Positions 28,770 to 38,667 of a stretch of DNA of 55,669 nucleotides are shown here, one piece after another (position 1 is the stretch's first letter; each line of letters begins with the position of its first letter). The notes beneath the pieces were generated by a model that did not search any database, had not been told where the DNA came from, and saw only the letters and a list, made by a program, of their open reading frames with translations. Source of the stretch: a virus (lineage: Duplodnaviria; Caudoviricetes); the IMG/VR virus record IMGVR_UViG_3300037808_001257, positions 1-55,669 of that record. One strand, written 5' to 3'. Both the position numbers and the translations under genes were made by a program.

Positions 28770-29450
28770 ATGAGTATGAAACCCGAAGATTTTAATCTGA
28801 TTCCAGATGGAGTTACTCGTGTTCAAGTTAAAGATGAGATTGGAAAAACTGTTTGGAGAAAACCGACAGACTTAAAAAATTCAGACACTCTACAATTTAA
28901 TCCCTCCACAGGAGATTTATTTGTTATGTTTGGCTCTCCGGGGAAGCCAACGGTGAGCAACCCCAATAACCTGCCGGTTGTTTCAACCCCCCAAGCTACT
29001 ATCCAAAGAATACAAAATAAAAAGCAAGATTCTTTGAGTCGTGATCCTGTCTTAAGTACTACGACTTTGGACCCTGAGTCTTCTGATGTACTGACTTCAG
29101 TTCTTGTGGGTTTAGCAGAAGAATCTGCTTCCTTAGCTTTTGAGCGTCAAGAAGCAGAGAGAAGAGGAGACTCCACTTCTCAGATTTCTTTAAGGCGTGT
29201 AAATGCTTTAAAAGCAGTGGGCGACACTTGGTTAAAAAAGAAAGAACTGATCTCAAGTTCTTCTATTGATTTAGAGTCCACAGCTTTCAAGATTATTTTT
29301 ATACATATAGCTGAAACTTTCAGAAAAGCTTGTGACGAAGCAGGGGTACGGCCTGAGATGAGCGAGAGTGTGTTCGCAGTTTTTGGGACACTTGTGGATG
29401 ACATTGATTGGATGAGAGAAGCTAGGGCGAAATTAGAAAAAGGTAAATAA
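28770..29450 (+). CDS. Putative terminase small subunit
   Basis: Helical 226-aa protein immediately upstream of, and overlapping, TerL. Positional inference only. Confidence 0.45.
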   Translation: MSMKPEDFNLIPDGVTRVQVKDEIGKTVWRKPTDLKNSDTLQFNPSTGDLFVMFGSPGKPTVSNPNNLPVVSTPQATIQRIQNKKQDSLSRDPVLSTTTLDPESSDVLTSVLVGLAEESASLAFERQEAERRGDSTSQISLRRVNALKAVGDTWLKKKELISSSSIDLESTAFKIIFIHIAETFRKACDEAGVRPEMSESVFAVFGTLVDDIDWMREARAKLEKGK

Positions 29451-32400
29451 TGAGTCTTTCATCTTTGGCGATAGGTGCTTCAGCGACTGTGGGAAAAAAC
29501 TCTGAAGAAGATGCTAATATTATAGATTTTGTCGAAGCTTCTTGGGGCTTAAAGATGACTTTGTTTCCCATACAGAAAATCATTCTTAAAGCACACTATG
29601 GTCTAGAGCTTGACGGTGTGGAGACTTTTAAGATCAGCGATTGGAGAAGACAAGATTGGGAAGAACATACCGAGAAATCTTACCTCAAGAAGCTATATGA
29701 CGAGGGGAGATGTAATATCGGTGAGGTGATTCCTGGGAAGCAACGCAGGGAAATGATCCTTTCTATTGGTAGGCGTTCTGGGAAATGTGTAACAGGAGAC
29801 ACTCTCATACCGACCTCAAGAGGTTTAGTTAGATTAGATTCTCTTGGCGATTCCTCTTTAGGGGGGCTTGAATACCAACCTCTTTCAGAGTTGATCCTTC
29901 AAGAAGGGGGTAATACTGCTCGGACTGCTTTCTTTTATAATGGGGGCATAAAGAAAACGAAAAAAATGCGAACAAGTTCAGGGTTTGAACTAGAGGGGAC
30001 TCCAAATCATAGGATTAAAGTACTTGATTCAGACTTTAATATTTCTTGGAAATATCTGGCAGATATAAAAGAAGAAGATCTTGCTTGCTTAAATCGAAAG
30101 CGAGGGTTGTTCCCGGATTCTTGTGTTTCTTTAGTTGAATATAAAAGTGATTTGAGTATGAAGGATAAACTTCCTGATATTCTCAATGAAGATTTAGCAG
30201 AGTTTTTAGGAGTACTTGTAGGAGATGGTACTTGGTCTTCCTCCTCCAGGGTTGAAGTCACAGTAGCGGAAGAAGGTTTTAAAAGCGATGTCTGTAAGAA
30301 GATGGTTTCTCTCTTTGGCAAAGTCTCTATATCCTCTTTTTCAAGTGGCTGTTATAGGGTTTCTTGCTATAGCAAAGAGCTGAGACTATTTTTACATCGT
30401 CTTGGGTGGGGCATACAAACACCTCTGTTAGATAAGTCTATCCCCCACGTTATATTAAAAAGTCCTCGTTCTGTGGTGTGTGCTTTCTTTAGGGGTCTTT
30501 TTGAGACTGATGGGTATATTCGTGGCTTTAACTCAGTTACGAAGAAGCACAAGAGGGAGGTCGTTTACTATTCTTCTTCTCCTCTTTTGCTCAAAGAGTC
30601 TCAAATACTCTTAATGAATTTGGGGGTTTTGACTACAAGGAGATGGAAAGAGAGAAAAGGCAAAAAGAACCGAGAGGGGTTCATAAGCTTGAAGGGGTCA
30701 GATTCGTATCTTGTGTTTTTACGAGACATCGGCTTTATTTCTCAGAAAAAGAGAGACATTGCAAAAGCTCTTTTTGATCGTTTGAAGGTGAGGGTGGATC
30801 ATAGTGATTCCTCTTCTCCTAAAGGCTTTGGTTCTTTCTTGAAAAGTAGAGGGGTTTCCATAAGGAGTCACAGCCCAAGTTTTGCTAAGTTGGGTCAAAT
30901 ATTAAAAGGAGACCTCTCAGATGATTTGAGAGAGAAGATCTTAAAGATACTTGATCTAAGTTATTTCTTTGACAAGGTTATTTCTGTAGAGGATTCAGAA
31001 AACCATGTCTATGATTTGAATGTACCCGAAGGATCAATGTTTGTAGGGAACTGCTTTACGAATCACAACACCACTATTTCTGCCTGTATCGCAGCTTATG
31101 AAACGTATAAACTTATAAAGAAAGATGACCCTCAGAAATACTACGGACTGCCTTCCTCGAACAATATTCAGATTATTTCTGTAGCGACAGACAAAGATCA
31201 AGCAGGGTTGCTTTACCAAGAAGTGTCAGGGCATTATCGAAACTGTGCTTTCTTTGGTCCTTATACTGCAAATAACACTCTCTCCTATGCTCGCTTTCAA
31301 ACCCCTAGTGACGTGACAAAATATGGGAGATACATTGAAAACGCAGACGCAAAAGCGACTCTTAAAGTTACTTTTAGGTCTTGTGTGGCTAAAGGTCTTC
31401 GTGGTGCAGGTAACATATGCGTAATACTTGATGAGGTTGCTCACTTTACTGAAACGGGTCAGTCGGGGGCAGAAGAAGTCTATAATGCGGTTGTTCCTTC
31501 GACTTCAGCGTACTCACCTAAAGACCCCATAAATCCAACTAAGCCTGTGGGTGAAGTGGAGGGTCGCATTATTCTTATTTCTTCACCTTTGGGCAAACAA
31601 GGGTTGTTCTATAAGCTCTTCAATATTGGTATGCAAGGAGGGGGTGCTTCTTCTAATATGCTTTGTGTTCAAGCTCCTACATGGGAAGTAAACCCTACTG
31701 TACCTGCGGAAGAGTTTGAAAAGCACTACTTGAAGAATGCAGCGGTGTTCTTCACCGAGTATGGAGGGAAGTTTACAGATAGAACTAGAGGCTGGATAGA
31801 GAAAGAAGAAGACCTTTTAGCTTGTGTAGATCCTAATCTCAAAGAAAGAAAAAGAGCACCTGCAAGAAAACCACATTTCATAGGGATTGACTTGGGTCTT
31901 GTAGGCGATGGTACTGCAATAGCAATAGGACATCTCGAAGAAGATAAAATAGTATTGGATCTTGTTACTCAGATTAAAGCTGGGGAAGGGGATTTCGCAG
32001 ACAGAGACAGACTCGATTTTGATGATGTTGCAGATTGGATTTTCGGCTACACTAGGAAATTTTATGTGTCGGAGGGCTTATTTGATCAGTGGGCGGGTAT
32101 TCCTTTAGAGCAAGCTCTTTCTAAAAGGGGCTTAGGTCAAATGAGATCGGAACACATGACTAAGAATAAGACATCGGATATGTATCAGAACTTTAAGTCT
32201 TTGATGTGGGATAAAAAGATTTCTTTGTATGATAATCAAAACGTAGAAGAAAAGGGTCACGCTCCATATATCTTGGAGTTGTTTGAGTTACAAGCTCATG
32301 TACATAGTAAACATGTGGTCACTGTGGAAGCTCCACAAGTACAAGGGAAGCATGACGACATGGCAGATGCTTTGATAAGAATGGTGTGGGTCGCTTCTAG

Positions 32401-32581
32401 GAATTTCGGTAAGCAGAAATACTTCGCTAATGGTAGTGGTGGTAATACTCTTTCTATATCTGGCAAAGGTTTTGCTACTTCACCAAAGCTGAGAGGGAGA
32501 GCAAACTCTTCTCCTCAGAGATCCTCGCCTAGAAATAACAAGCATTCTTTAAGAAATAGAATACTTGGGAAGAGAAAATAG
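29450..32581 (+). CDS. terL: Terminase large subunit, intein-containing
   Basis: FPIQKIIL, Walker A GRRSGK|TT, Walker B VILDEVAHF, ISSPLG, nuclease motifs IGIDLG and HDDMADA. Confidence 0.93.
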   Translation: MSLSSLAIGASATVGKNSEEDANIIDFVEASWGLKMTLFPIQKIILKAHYGLELDGVETFKISDWRRQDWEEHTEKSYLKKLYDEGRCNIGEVIPGKQRREMILSIGRRSGKCVTGDTLIPTSRGLVRLDSLGDSSLGGLEYQPLSELILQEGGNTARTAFFYNGGIKKTKKMRTSSGFELEGTPNHRIKVLDSDFNISWKYLADIKEEDLACLNRKRGLFPDSCVSLVEYKSDLSMKDKLPDILNEDLAEFLGVLVGDGTWSSSSRVEVTVAEEGFKSDVCKKMVSLFGKVSISSFSSGCYRVSCYSKELRLFLHRLGWGIQTPLLDKSIPHVILKSPRSVVCAFFRGLFETDGYIRGFNSVTKKHKREVVYYSSSPLLLKESQILLMNLGVLTTRRWKERKGKKNREGFISLKGSDSYLVFLRDIGFISQKKRDIAKALFDRLKVRVDHSDSSSPKGFGSFLKSRGVSIRSHSPSFAKLGQILKGDLSDDLREKILKILDLSYFFDKVISVEDSENHVYDLNVPEGSMFVGNCFTNHNTTISACIAAYETYKLIKKDDPQKYYGLPSSNNIQIISVATDKDQAGLLYQEVSGHYRNCAFFGPYTANNTLSYARFQTPSDVTKYGRYIENADAKATLKVTFRSCVAKGLRGAGNICVILDEVAHFTETGQSGAEEVYNAVVPSTSAYSPKDPINPTKPVGEVEGRIILISSPLGKQGLFYKLFNIGMQGGGASSNMLCVQAPTWEVNPTVPAEEFEKHYLKNAAVFFTEYGGKFTDRTRGWIEKEEDLLACVDPNLKERKRAPARKPHFIGIDLGLVGDGTAIAIGHLEEDKIVLDLVTQIKAGEGDFADRDRLDFDDVADWIFGYTRKFYVSEGLFDQWAGIPLEQALSKRGLGQMRSEHMTKNKTSDMYQNFKSLMWDKKISLYDNQNVEEKGHAPYILELFELQAHVHSKHVVTVEAPQVQGKHDDMADALIRMVWVASRNFGKQKYFANGSGGNTLSISGKGFATSPKLRGRANSSPQRSSPRNNKHSLRNRILGKRK
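29786..31069 (+). mobile_element. 428-aa intein with LAGLIDADG homing endonuclease inside the TerL Walker A motif
   Basis: Starts CVTGDT; block B GTPNHRI; FLGVLVGDG and FFRGLFETDG; VYDLNV; ends HN followed by Thr(+1). Confidence 0.95.
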
Positions 32582-32583
32582 CT

Positions 32584-32850
32584 ATGAGTAAGCCAATAAA
32601 ACCGAAGTCTCGTCTTTCTGCTGACCATCGTGTCATTGCACGAATATTAGAGTTATCTCATGGAGATAAAAAGCCTTCAGAAAAGAAGCTAGATCTATGC
32701 TCAAAAGTTTTCAGCAATGCAGGTGGTAGTTGGTATGATTTCTTTGAAGGTAAACCACATACAGTAAAACTTTTAAAAAGAGTAATACTTGCGGTGGACA
32801 TGAAAGAAAAATTAGATGCTAAAAAAAAGGGGCGATTAGATGACGAATGA
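32584..32850 (+). CDS. Hypothetical protein
   Basis: 88-aa ORF between TerL and portal, closely coupled to both. Confidence 0.7.
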   Translation: MSKPIKPKSRLSADHRVIARILELSHGDKKPSEKKLDLCSKVFSNAGGSWYDFFEGKPHTVKLLKRVILAVDMKEKLDAKKKGRLDDE

Positions 32851-34516
32851 AGAACCTAAAAAAGTAGGTACGGTCAAAACAAAAGATGGCGTAACTACTA
32901 GACACCTTAAGCCTTTTGAGATGAGATCTCGTGTTAAAGTAGCGATGACCACATCAGGCACACAGATGGGTTCAGGTGGTAATTTTTACTCGCCAGAGCT
33001 ATCTACAGACTTCCTTGAGCTTCCCCAAAGCCAAGACGAACAACGTAACTATTTCAGATTTTTCTATCGTACGGACCCTTTTGTAGGTCAAGCAGTAGAC
33101 TTACATACTGAACTACCCCTTTCAAAAATAAGGCTTGGGATGCCGAAGGCTCAAAACAGAGAGATGGCTATGGCTTCTCTCAGATTTTGTGAGAAATGGG
33201 GCAAAAGAGTCGGGCTTCTTCATCGTCTTATAGAAATACTTCATGAATATAACTTGCTTGGAGAGGTGTTTGTCTTCTGCGAGGATAATAATCCCGATAT
33301 GCCTAAATCTGTGACACATAACCAAAGAAATGAGTTGTCTCCTAATGGAGACATAGATGTTATTTGGGAGAAATATGAGGATGCAGATGATCGTGCTTAT
33401 GTTTGGATGAAGAAGAACTATCTAGGATGGACAGGCATTAGAGTTCTTCCGCCAGAACAAGTCCACATGGAGTCTTTTCCCTTTACAGACCAAAAGATCA
33501 TAGAACTCATTCCTGATTCTAAGACTAAGAGTGTAGTCGAGAGAGCTTCAATCCAAGACCCTGAAGCGATGCGGATTGTAGATTCAATGCCTGAAGACGT
33601 GGTTGGTGCTATTCGGGAAGGTAGAAACATCCCTTTGAACAGTGACTCTGAAAAAGGCTCGTTTGTCTATTATATGGCACGAAAGAAATCTCAATATGAG
33701 CCGAGAGGACACTCTATGTTGGAGCGTTGTCTCAGAATACTAGTTTATCGAGATAAGCTCAGACAGGCAAACACTTCGATAGCTTCTCGTCACATGACCC
33801 CCATACGTCTCGTTTATGCAGAAGATATGGATATGGCAGATGTGGAGGCTCTCAGAGAACAAGTTGACTTAGCGTTACAAGATCCAGATTATTCGATCAT
33901 CTCTAACTTTCAAATTTCTTGGGAAGAAATGGGTAGCGATCAGCGTCTACTCGACTTAGGCTCAGAGTATGACATGACCGATAGACAGATGTATGCAGGT
34001 CTTGGAGTCACCGAGTCCTTGCTTAGTGGTGAGTCTAGTTATAGTGGAGATCGTATTAATTTAGAAGTTATCAACACTCGCTATATGCTCATGCGAGAAA
34101 TACTACAGGAAATGGTTGAGGAAAATATTCTTAAACCAATGTGTAGACGAATGGGTTTTGTAGAAGAAGATGAAGATGGGCAAGAAATAGTAGTTCACCC
34201 AACTCTTAGTTTCACTCGTCTTGGTCTTCGTGATAACCAAGATACTTTTGATGCACTCTTTAATCTGTATCAGAAGGGTTCGTTGGATATAGACATCATT
34301 CTTGAACTTCTCAATGTAGATCCGGAATCTACTAAGAGAAAACTTGAGCGTGATATGTGGACTCTTAATGATAGTCAGTTCAATGAAGTTCTCAGAGGTA
34401 TTTATGGGGAAGCAGGTCGTATGATTTCTGAAAACACAGGTGTGGTGGAACAGATAGCTGAAAATCTTGGGTTGAAATACACACCTGCTGACGAAGGTGA
34501 TGATGGGAGATTTTGA
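32840..34516 (+). CDS. Portal protein
   Basis: 558 aa, follows TerL; FYRTDPFVGQAVD, LLGEVF, RGHSML, AGLGV motifs typical of portals. Confidence 0.8.
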   Translation: MTNEEPKKVGTVKTKDGVTTRHLKPFEMRSRVKVAMTTSGTQMGSGGNFYSPELSTDFLELPQSQDEQRNYFRFFYRTDPFVGQAVDLHTELPLSKIRLGMPKAQNREMAMASLRFCEKWGKRVGLLHRLIEILHEYNLLGEVFVFCEDNNPDMPKSVTHNQRNELSPNGDIDVIWEKYEDADDRAYVWMKKNYLGWTGIRVLPPEQVHMESFPFTDQKIIELIPDSKTKSVVERASIQDPEAMRIVDSMPEDVVGAIREGRNIPLNSDSEKGSFVYYMARKKSQYEPRGHSMLERCLRILVYRDKLRQANTSIASRHMTPIRLVYAEDMDMADVEALREQVDLALQDPDYSIISNFQISWEEMGSDQRLLDLGSEYDMTDRQMYAGLGVTESLLSGESSYSGDRINLEVINTRYMLMREILQEMVEENILKPMCRRMGFVEEDEDGQEIVVHPTLSFTRLGLRDNQDTFDALFNLYQKGSLDIDIILELLNVDPESTKRKLERDMWTLNDSQFNEVLRGIYGEAGRMISENTGVVEQIAENLGLKYTPADEGDDGRF

Positions 34517-34553
34517 TGTAGGTTAATATATTCTCTATATCTCCCTATTTCCT

Positions 34554-35498
34554 ATGGATATGAAAAAAAGGAGTATATGGAAAATGGGCAACTTACTTCC
34601 AATTATGAACCCTCTCTTTAACTTGAGAGAAATAGTAAAACAGATGGCTTTACTTGAAGACCATTTAAATAACGCTCGAAAGAGATGCCCGGACTGTATT
34701 AGGAAGCATTTCTTAACCATAGAAGCTTTTTTTGAAGAAACTATTTCTTTAGATAAGAAGTTTCAATACGTTGGTCTTTTAGAGGGCAAAGCTGATTTGA
34801 TGAGAGATTTGCAAGGGTGTTGGCTAGATTTAAAAGATACCGAACAGTCTCAGATCGCTTACTTAGTAATATCTCAAGTTCTTAGGAAAATAAGAAAAGA
34901 GTTTGCTCCTCTTTGTTTCGATGTTCGCAAAATGGCAAACATAGAGCGTAGGGCTAGTTTATATGTATGTCCTCACAGGAGGGTTGCAACTCTCTCTCCA
35001 CAAGAGAAAGAAATAAGAGAAACTGAGAGACTTGTACGAAAAAAACCCAAGATAAAGCCTCCTCGGAAAGATCTAATGCGTAAGAGGATTCAGGAAGAAG
35101 ATCCCGATCTTCAGTATATGGGTGGTGGTGCAGGTGGAGATCGTGATCTCTCTCTGAATCATAAGCGAGTGGCACGTCACAGAGAAGGAGAGGGCTCTCA
35201 TTTTACACACGAAGGTCGCAGATATGACTTGAACTCCGTTCTTTCTTCTGTGGAAAAGAATCCTATTAAAAAAATAAGTGTTGGAGAAATAGATTGGGTT
35301 TTAGATTTTGGAGACACAGACCCAATACAGGTTCGTAAAGCAGATGTTTCTGTACCAATTCTTGTTGCTCCTAGTAAATCGGGTCTACCAACAGTCGTTG
35401 ATGGTTTACATCGTCTCCAAAAAGCCAAAGATTTAGGTTTGGAATATCTTACTTACAGGTATGTGAGTGAGCTTGTTTTGAAATCTTCTGAGATATAG
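34554..35498 (+). CDS. Three-part protein: CxxC/His domain + basic linker + ParB/Srx-like domain
   Basis: LLEDHL..RCPDCIRKHFL; C-terminal PILV...VVDGLHRLQKA; parts separated by RRVAT and KRVAR. Start may be a downstream ATG. Confidence 0.7.
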   Translation: MDMKKRSIWKMGNLLPIMNPLFNLREIVKQMALLEDHLNNARKRCPDCIRKHFLTIEAFFEETISLDKKFQYVGLLEGKADLMRDLQGCWLDLKDTEQSQIAYLVISQVLRKIRKEFAPLCFDVRKMANIERRASLYVCPHRRVATLSPQEKEIRETERLVRKKPKIKPPRKDLMRKRIQEEDPDLQYMGGGAGGDRDLSLNHKRVARHREGEGSHFTHEGRRYDLNSVLSSVEKNPIKKISVGEIDWVLDFGDTDPIQVRKADVSVPILVAPSKSGLPTVVDGLHRLQKAKDLGLEYLTYRYVSELVLKSSEI

Positions 35499-35506
35499 GA
35501 GTAGAA

Positions 35507-38500
35507 ATGCACACTCTTCTAAGAGAAATAATTCAAAAGTATGCTTCAAAGAAACCAAAATTAAAATCTGAGAAAGCTACTTATGTTGGAGAAGAAATCC
35601 ACAAAAAAATAATGGAGAAGCTCGCACCGAACACTTATAAAGATAAAGATTCGGGCAACGACATTCTTTTTACAACTGCGTATAGCCGTCAACATGCGAA
35701 AGCGGTTGAAGATTATAACAAAGAATTAGACAACTCAAAAGAAGGAGAGGGTGAGTCTAAGAAGACTAGAAAAAACACAAAGACTTTACAGTCAGAAGCA
35801 GACGCTAGTACAACAAAAAAGAAGAAACAACAAGACTCTTTAGATGAAATTAAAAAAACAAAAGACCAGTTTCGTCTTGATCTGTATGATGACCCTCAAA
35901 AATTCATCAATAACCTTTTGGGGGGTGAAAGAGAAAAGGCTATACATATACAATATGCACATGAGGTGGCAAAAGATTTAGCTAAAAGCTTTGATGAAGT
36001 TGCTAAAAACGAAGAGCAAAGATTAAATAGAGAGAACAGTGCTGAAGCTAAAAAAAATAAGATGAAGAAAGAAGAAGGGAAAATCACAGAGGATAAATTT
36101 AAAGAGCTTGAGAAAGAAAGGAAAGCAAAACACAAGCAACGTATAGAAGAGGTCGAGACCCTTGAAAAAGTCTTAGGTTTAGACACATCTAAGTTTACTC
36201 CTACAGAAAGAGAGAAAAAAGAGAACGTCGCTCAAGCAGACGAAAATAAGAGAAAGCTTAAAGACGGAGAAATATCTAAGAATGATTTTACTCGTCTTGA
36301 GCAACGTAGAAAAGCAAAGCAACAGCTTAGAAAAAAAGAGCGTAAGAAAGAAATAGTTAGAGCGATAGGGAAACTCAAAAAGACAAGTTTCCCTTCAGAA
36401 TTAAATGAAGGGGTTGATAAGATAGTAATCAATGATCTGGACGTGATGAAAGACCTTGGTCTTATTGAATTTGAAGGTGACTTAAAAGATTTATCCGATG
36501 AAGAAGTACAAGACCTTAATGACTCTTTTAAAGAGAAGTTAGATGGTATGTCTAAAGAAGAAAAAAAAGAGGCTAAGAATTCTATTTCTAAAAAGAAGAA
36601 AGAAAGCTTGGCTGACAAAGCCGACGCACTTATTGCTGCTAATACAGATCGTGTTTTAAAAGGTGGGACAGAAAAAGACAGAGAGATCATGGAAAACAAT
36701 CCCGTCTTGAAGTTGATGTCCTCTTTCAGAAAAACAGTATCGAGAGAAGAAGCCTCAGATCAAAAGACAAAACTTAATGAGAGACAACAAAAGCAACTAA
36801 GAACCGACTTTTTAGAGAATATGGTTAGTTCGCTAGGGGGGTCATATGGGTTTGGGTCGGCTTCTTCCATCTCTGGCTCAGATATGGACTCCAAAGTTTT
36901 TATTTCTAAAATGATTATGAAAGTTGATATAGATAAGCTTTCAGCAGAAGATATGGATAAAGTTTCTGAGGGATTTAAAGAGGCTTCTGTAAGACTTCAG
37001 AAAATCTTAGATGGTAATGAAGATCCTGATGCAGGTCTTCTCGAAAAGCTCAATCAGCTCCAAGAGAATATAAACGACATTTTTGATGAACAAATTAATA
37101 GTAAAGAGGGTGCAGAATTAGGTGCTTCTATTTTAGCCGGTGCGATGGAGATGGCTATCACTAGAAACCCTCTCTTTGGGGTAGACACATCGTCAAGTAG
37201 TGTTTTTATTGTCAAGAAAGACTCTATGGGTAGAGAAATGAAAGAGGTGGATGAAGATCTTCTCAATGACAACAGTCGCTTTTCAGCTCGAAAATATAAT
37301 GGTCGTGGTGAATCTGAAACGAGACTTGCTCTTGAGAACGTAGAGTCAAAGATGAAAGCGTTAGAGAAGAAAGGTGAGCGAGGTTCTGCTGAATACGAGT
37401 CTTTGGGGTCTGTAAAAGACGGCATAGAGGTTTCACTTCTACTCCAAGATGTGAGACCGAGACCAAAGGGTTTAGCAAAACCCTTCGATTATTTGGTAGA
37501 AATAGCAAAGCAGACGAACTTAGACTCAGCGTATGATGCTTTGAAGTATCTGAAGAGTGAAGATTTAAAGGATCTGGATAAGCATGAGATTCAGACAAAG
37601 TTCTTACACAGTTTGCCTGATAAAGAACTGGCACAAGCTCTTGGAGGCGAATCTGGGCCTTTTGGTGACGCTTTGGATATAATACAAGAACTAAAATGTC
37701 CTAATATTCCAATAAATGGAGATATGGCAGGAGAGGTTATTGGTCCTGGTGATGTTTGCCCTTATCCTGTAGATCCGGGTACGAAGCAAAGTGTGAGAAA
37801 CCATGTTATACAGATGATGTCAGACCACCATGTGGTCAACCCAACTCAAGCCTTGGGGTCATCTTCTTATGGGAGTAAAAAAAGAAAAGAAGAAAAACAA
37901 GATAAGCAAGAAGCCAAAAAACATGAAAAGATGAAGCAACTGTTTGAAATAAGCCCTGAAAAGTTTGAGAAAATCCTTACGAGTGGGTCTGAAAATGAGA
38001 AAGAAGAGTCTCTTGCGTATCTTATTTATCAAATGAGGGTGAAGCAGTTAGAGGAAATGAACTTTGGTTCTTACAATTCAAAGAAAAACAAGAATCAAAA
38101 TGAGAAGAAAAGAGATGTGGCTAAAAGAGATGCTATTTTAGAGATGGTAAAGAAAAATAAGAAAGATGAGATCAAAGAGATGCTTCAGGACCTTGACAAG
38201 GCAATGAAAGCTGATCTTTCATGGGACAGTTCTTTTGGGAAACAGGCAAGTCAGAGTGTGGGGTCTGCTATTTTTAATAGTTTGTTTATTCGAGGTCGCT
38301 ATTTAGACAGAGTAGGAGGATTTACACCTATGGATAAGAAATCACGTCAGCCGTACAACTATCAAGAAGTCGCCACTTCTTTTGAAGTGGGTATGCGAGC
38401 GTTTCCTTTTTTTAAGGGAGATGCTAAGACTTCTGGTGTAGTTGTCGCAGTTTTTCCTGCAATCGGGATGGTTGATTTGAAATTCCCTTATGGTGTTACC

Positions 38501-38665
38501 CGTTTTCCTGTGGAAGATCTTGTCCTCGACACCTCGGAAGATGTTGAGGATGTTTCTACATACGAAAACCCAGCTAAGTATTATCCTGTCTCGGCAGGTA
38601 AACAAAAACCCTCTAAAGAAAAAGTCGCTTCCATGTACTTATCCCTAAGACATAAAAGGAAATAA
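35507..38665 (+). CDS. Large K/E-rich helical protein, candidate internal head/ejection protein
   Basis: 1052 aa, located between portal and protease; KYAS, KQAS and KVAS motifs. Confidence 0.7.
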   Translation: MHTLLREIIQKYASKKPKLKSEKATYVGEEIHKKIMEKLAPNTYKDKDSGNDILFTTAYSRQHAKAVEDYNKELDNSKEGEGESKKTRKNTKTLQSEADASTTKKKKQQDSLDEIKKTKDQFRLDLYDDPQKFINNLLGGEREKAIHIQYAHEVAKDLAKSFDEVAKNEEQRLNRENSAEAKKNKMKKEEGKITEDKFKELEKERKAKHKQRIEEVETLEKVLGLDTSKFTPTEREKKENVAQADENKRKLKDGEISKNDFTRLEQRRKAKQQLRKKERKKEIVRAIGKLKKTSFPSELNEGVDKIVINDLDVMKDLGLIEFEGDLKDLSDEEVQDLNDSFKEKLDGMSKEEKKEAKNSISKKKKESLADKADALIAANTDRVLKGGTEKDREIMENNPVLKLMSSFRKTVSREEASDQKTKLNERQQKQLRTDFLENMVSSLGGSYGFGSASSISGSDMDSKVFISKMIMKVDIDKLSAEDMDKVSEGFKEASVRLQKILDGNEDPDAGLLEKLNQLQENINDIFDEQINSKEGAELGASILAGAMEMAITRNPLFGVDTSSSSVFIVKKDSMGREMKEVDEDLLNDNSRFSARKYNGRGESETRLALENVESKMKALEKKGERGSAEYESLGSVKDGIEVSLLLQDVRPRPKGLAKPFDYLVEIAKQTNLDSAYDALKYLKSEDLKDLDKHEIQTKFLHSLPDKELAQALGGESGPFGDALDIIQELKCPNIPINGDMAGEVIGPGDVCPYPVDPGTKQSVRNHVIQMMSDHHVVNPTQALGSSSYGSKKRKEEKQDKQEAKKHEKMKQLFEISPEKFEKILTSGSENEKEESLAYLIYQMRVKQLEEMNFGSYNSKKNKNQNEKKRDVAKRDAILEMVKKNKKDEIKEMLQDLDKAMKADLSWDSSFGKQASQSVGSAIFNSLFIRGRYLDRVGGFTPMDKKSRQPYNYQEVATSFEVGMRAFPFFKGDAKTSGVVVAVFPAIGMVDLKFPYGVTRFPVEDLVLDTSEDVEDVSTYENPAKYYPVSAGKQKPSKEKVASMYLSLRHKRK
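38330..38665 (+). CDS. Probable nested in-frame gene (111 aa, SH3-like)
   Basis: Own AGGAGGA RBS (38314-38320) and upstream TAGTTTGTTTAT motif; in frame with 35507. Confidence 0.55.
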   Translation: MDKKSRQPYNYQEVATSFEVGMRAFPFFKGDAKTSGVVVAVFPAIGMVDLKFPYGVTRFPVEDLVLDTSEDVEDVSTYENPAKYYPVSAGKQKPSKEKVASMYLSLRHKRK

Positions 38666-38667
38666 CG

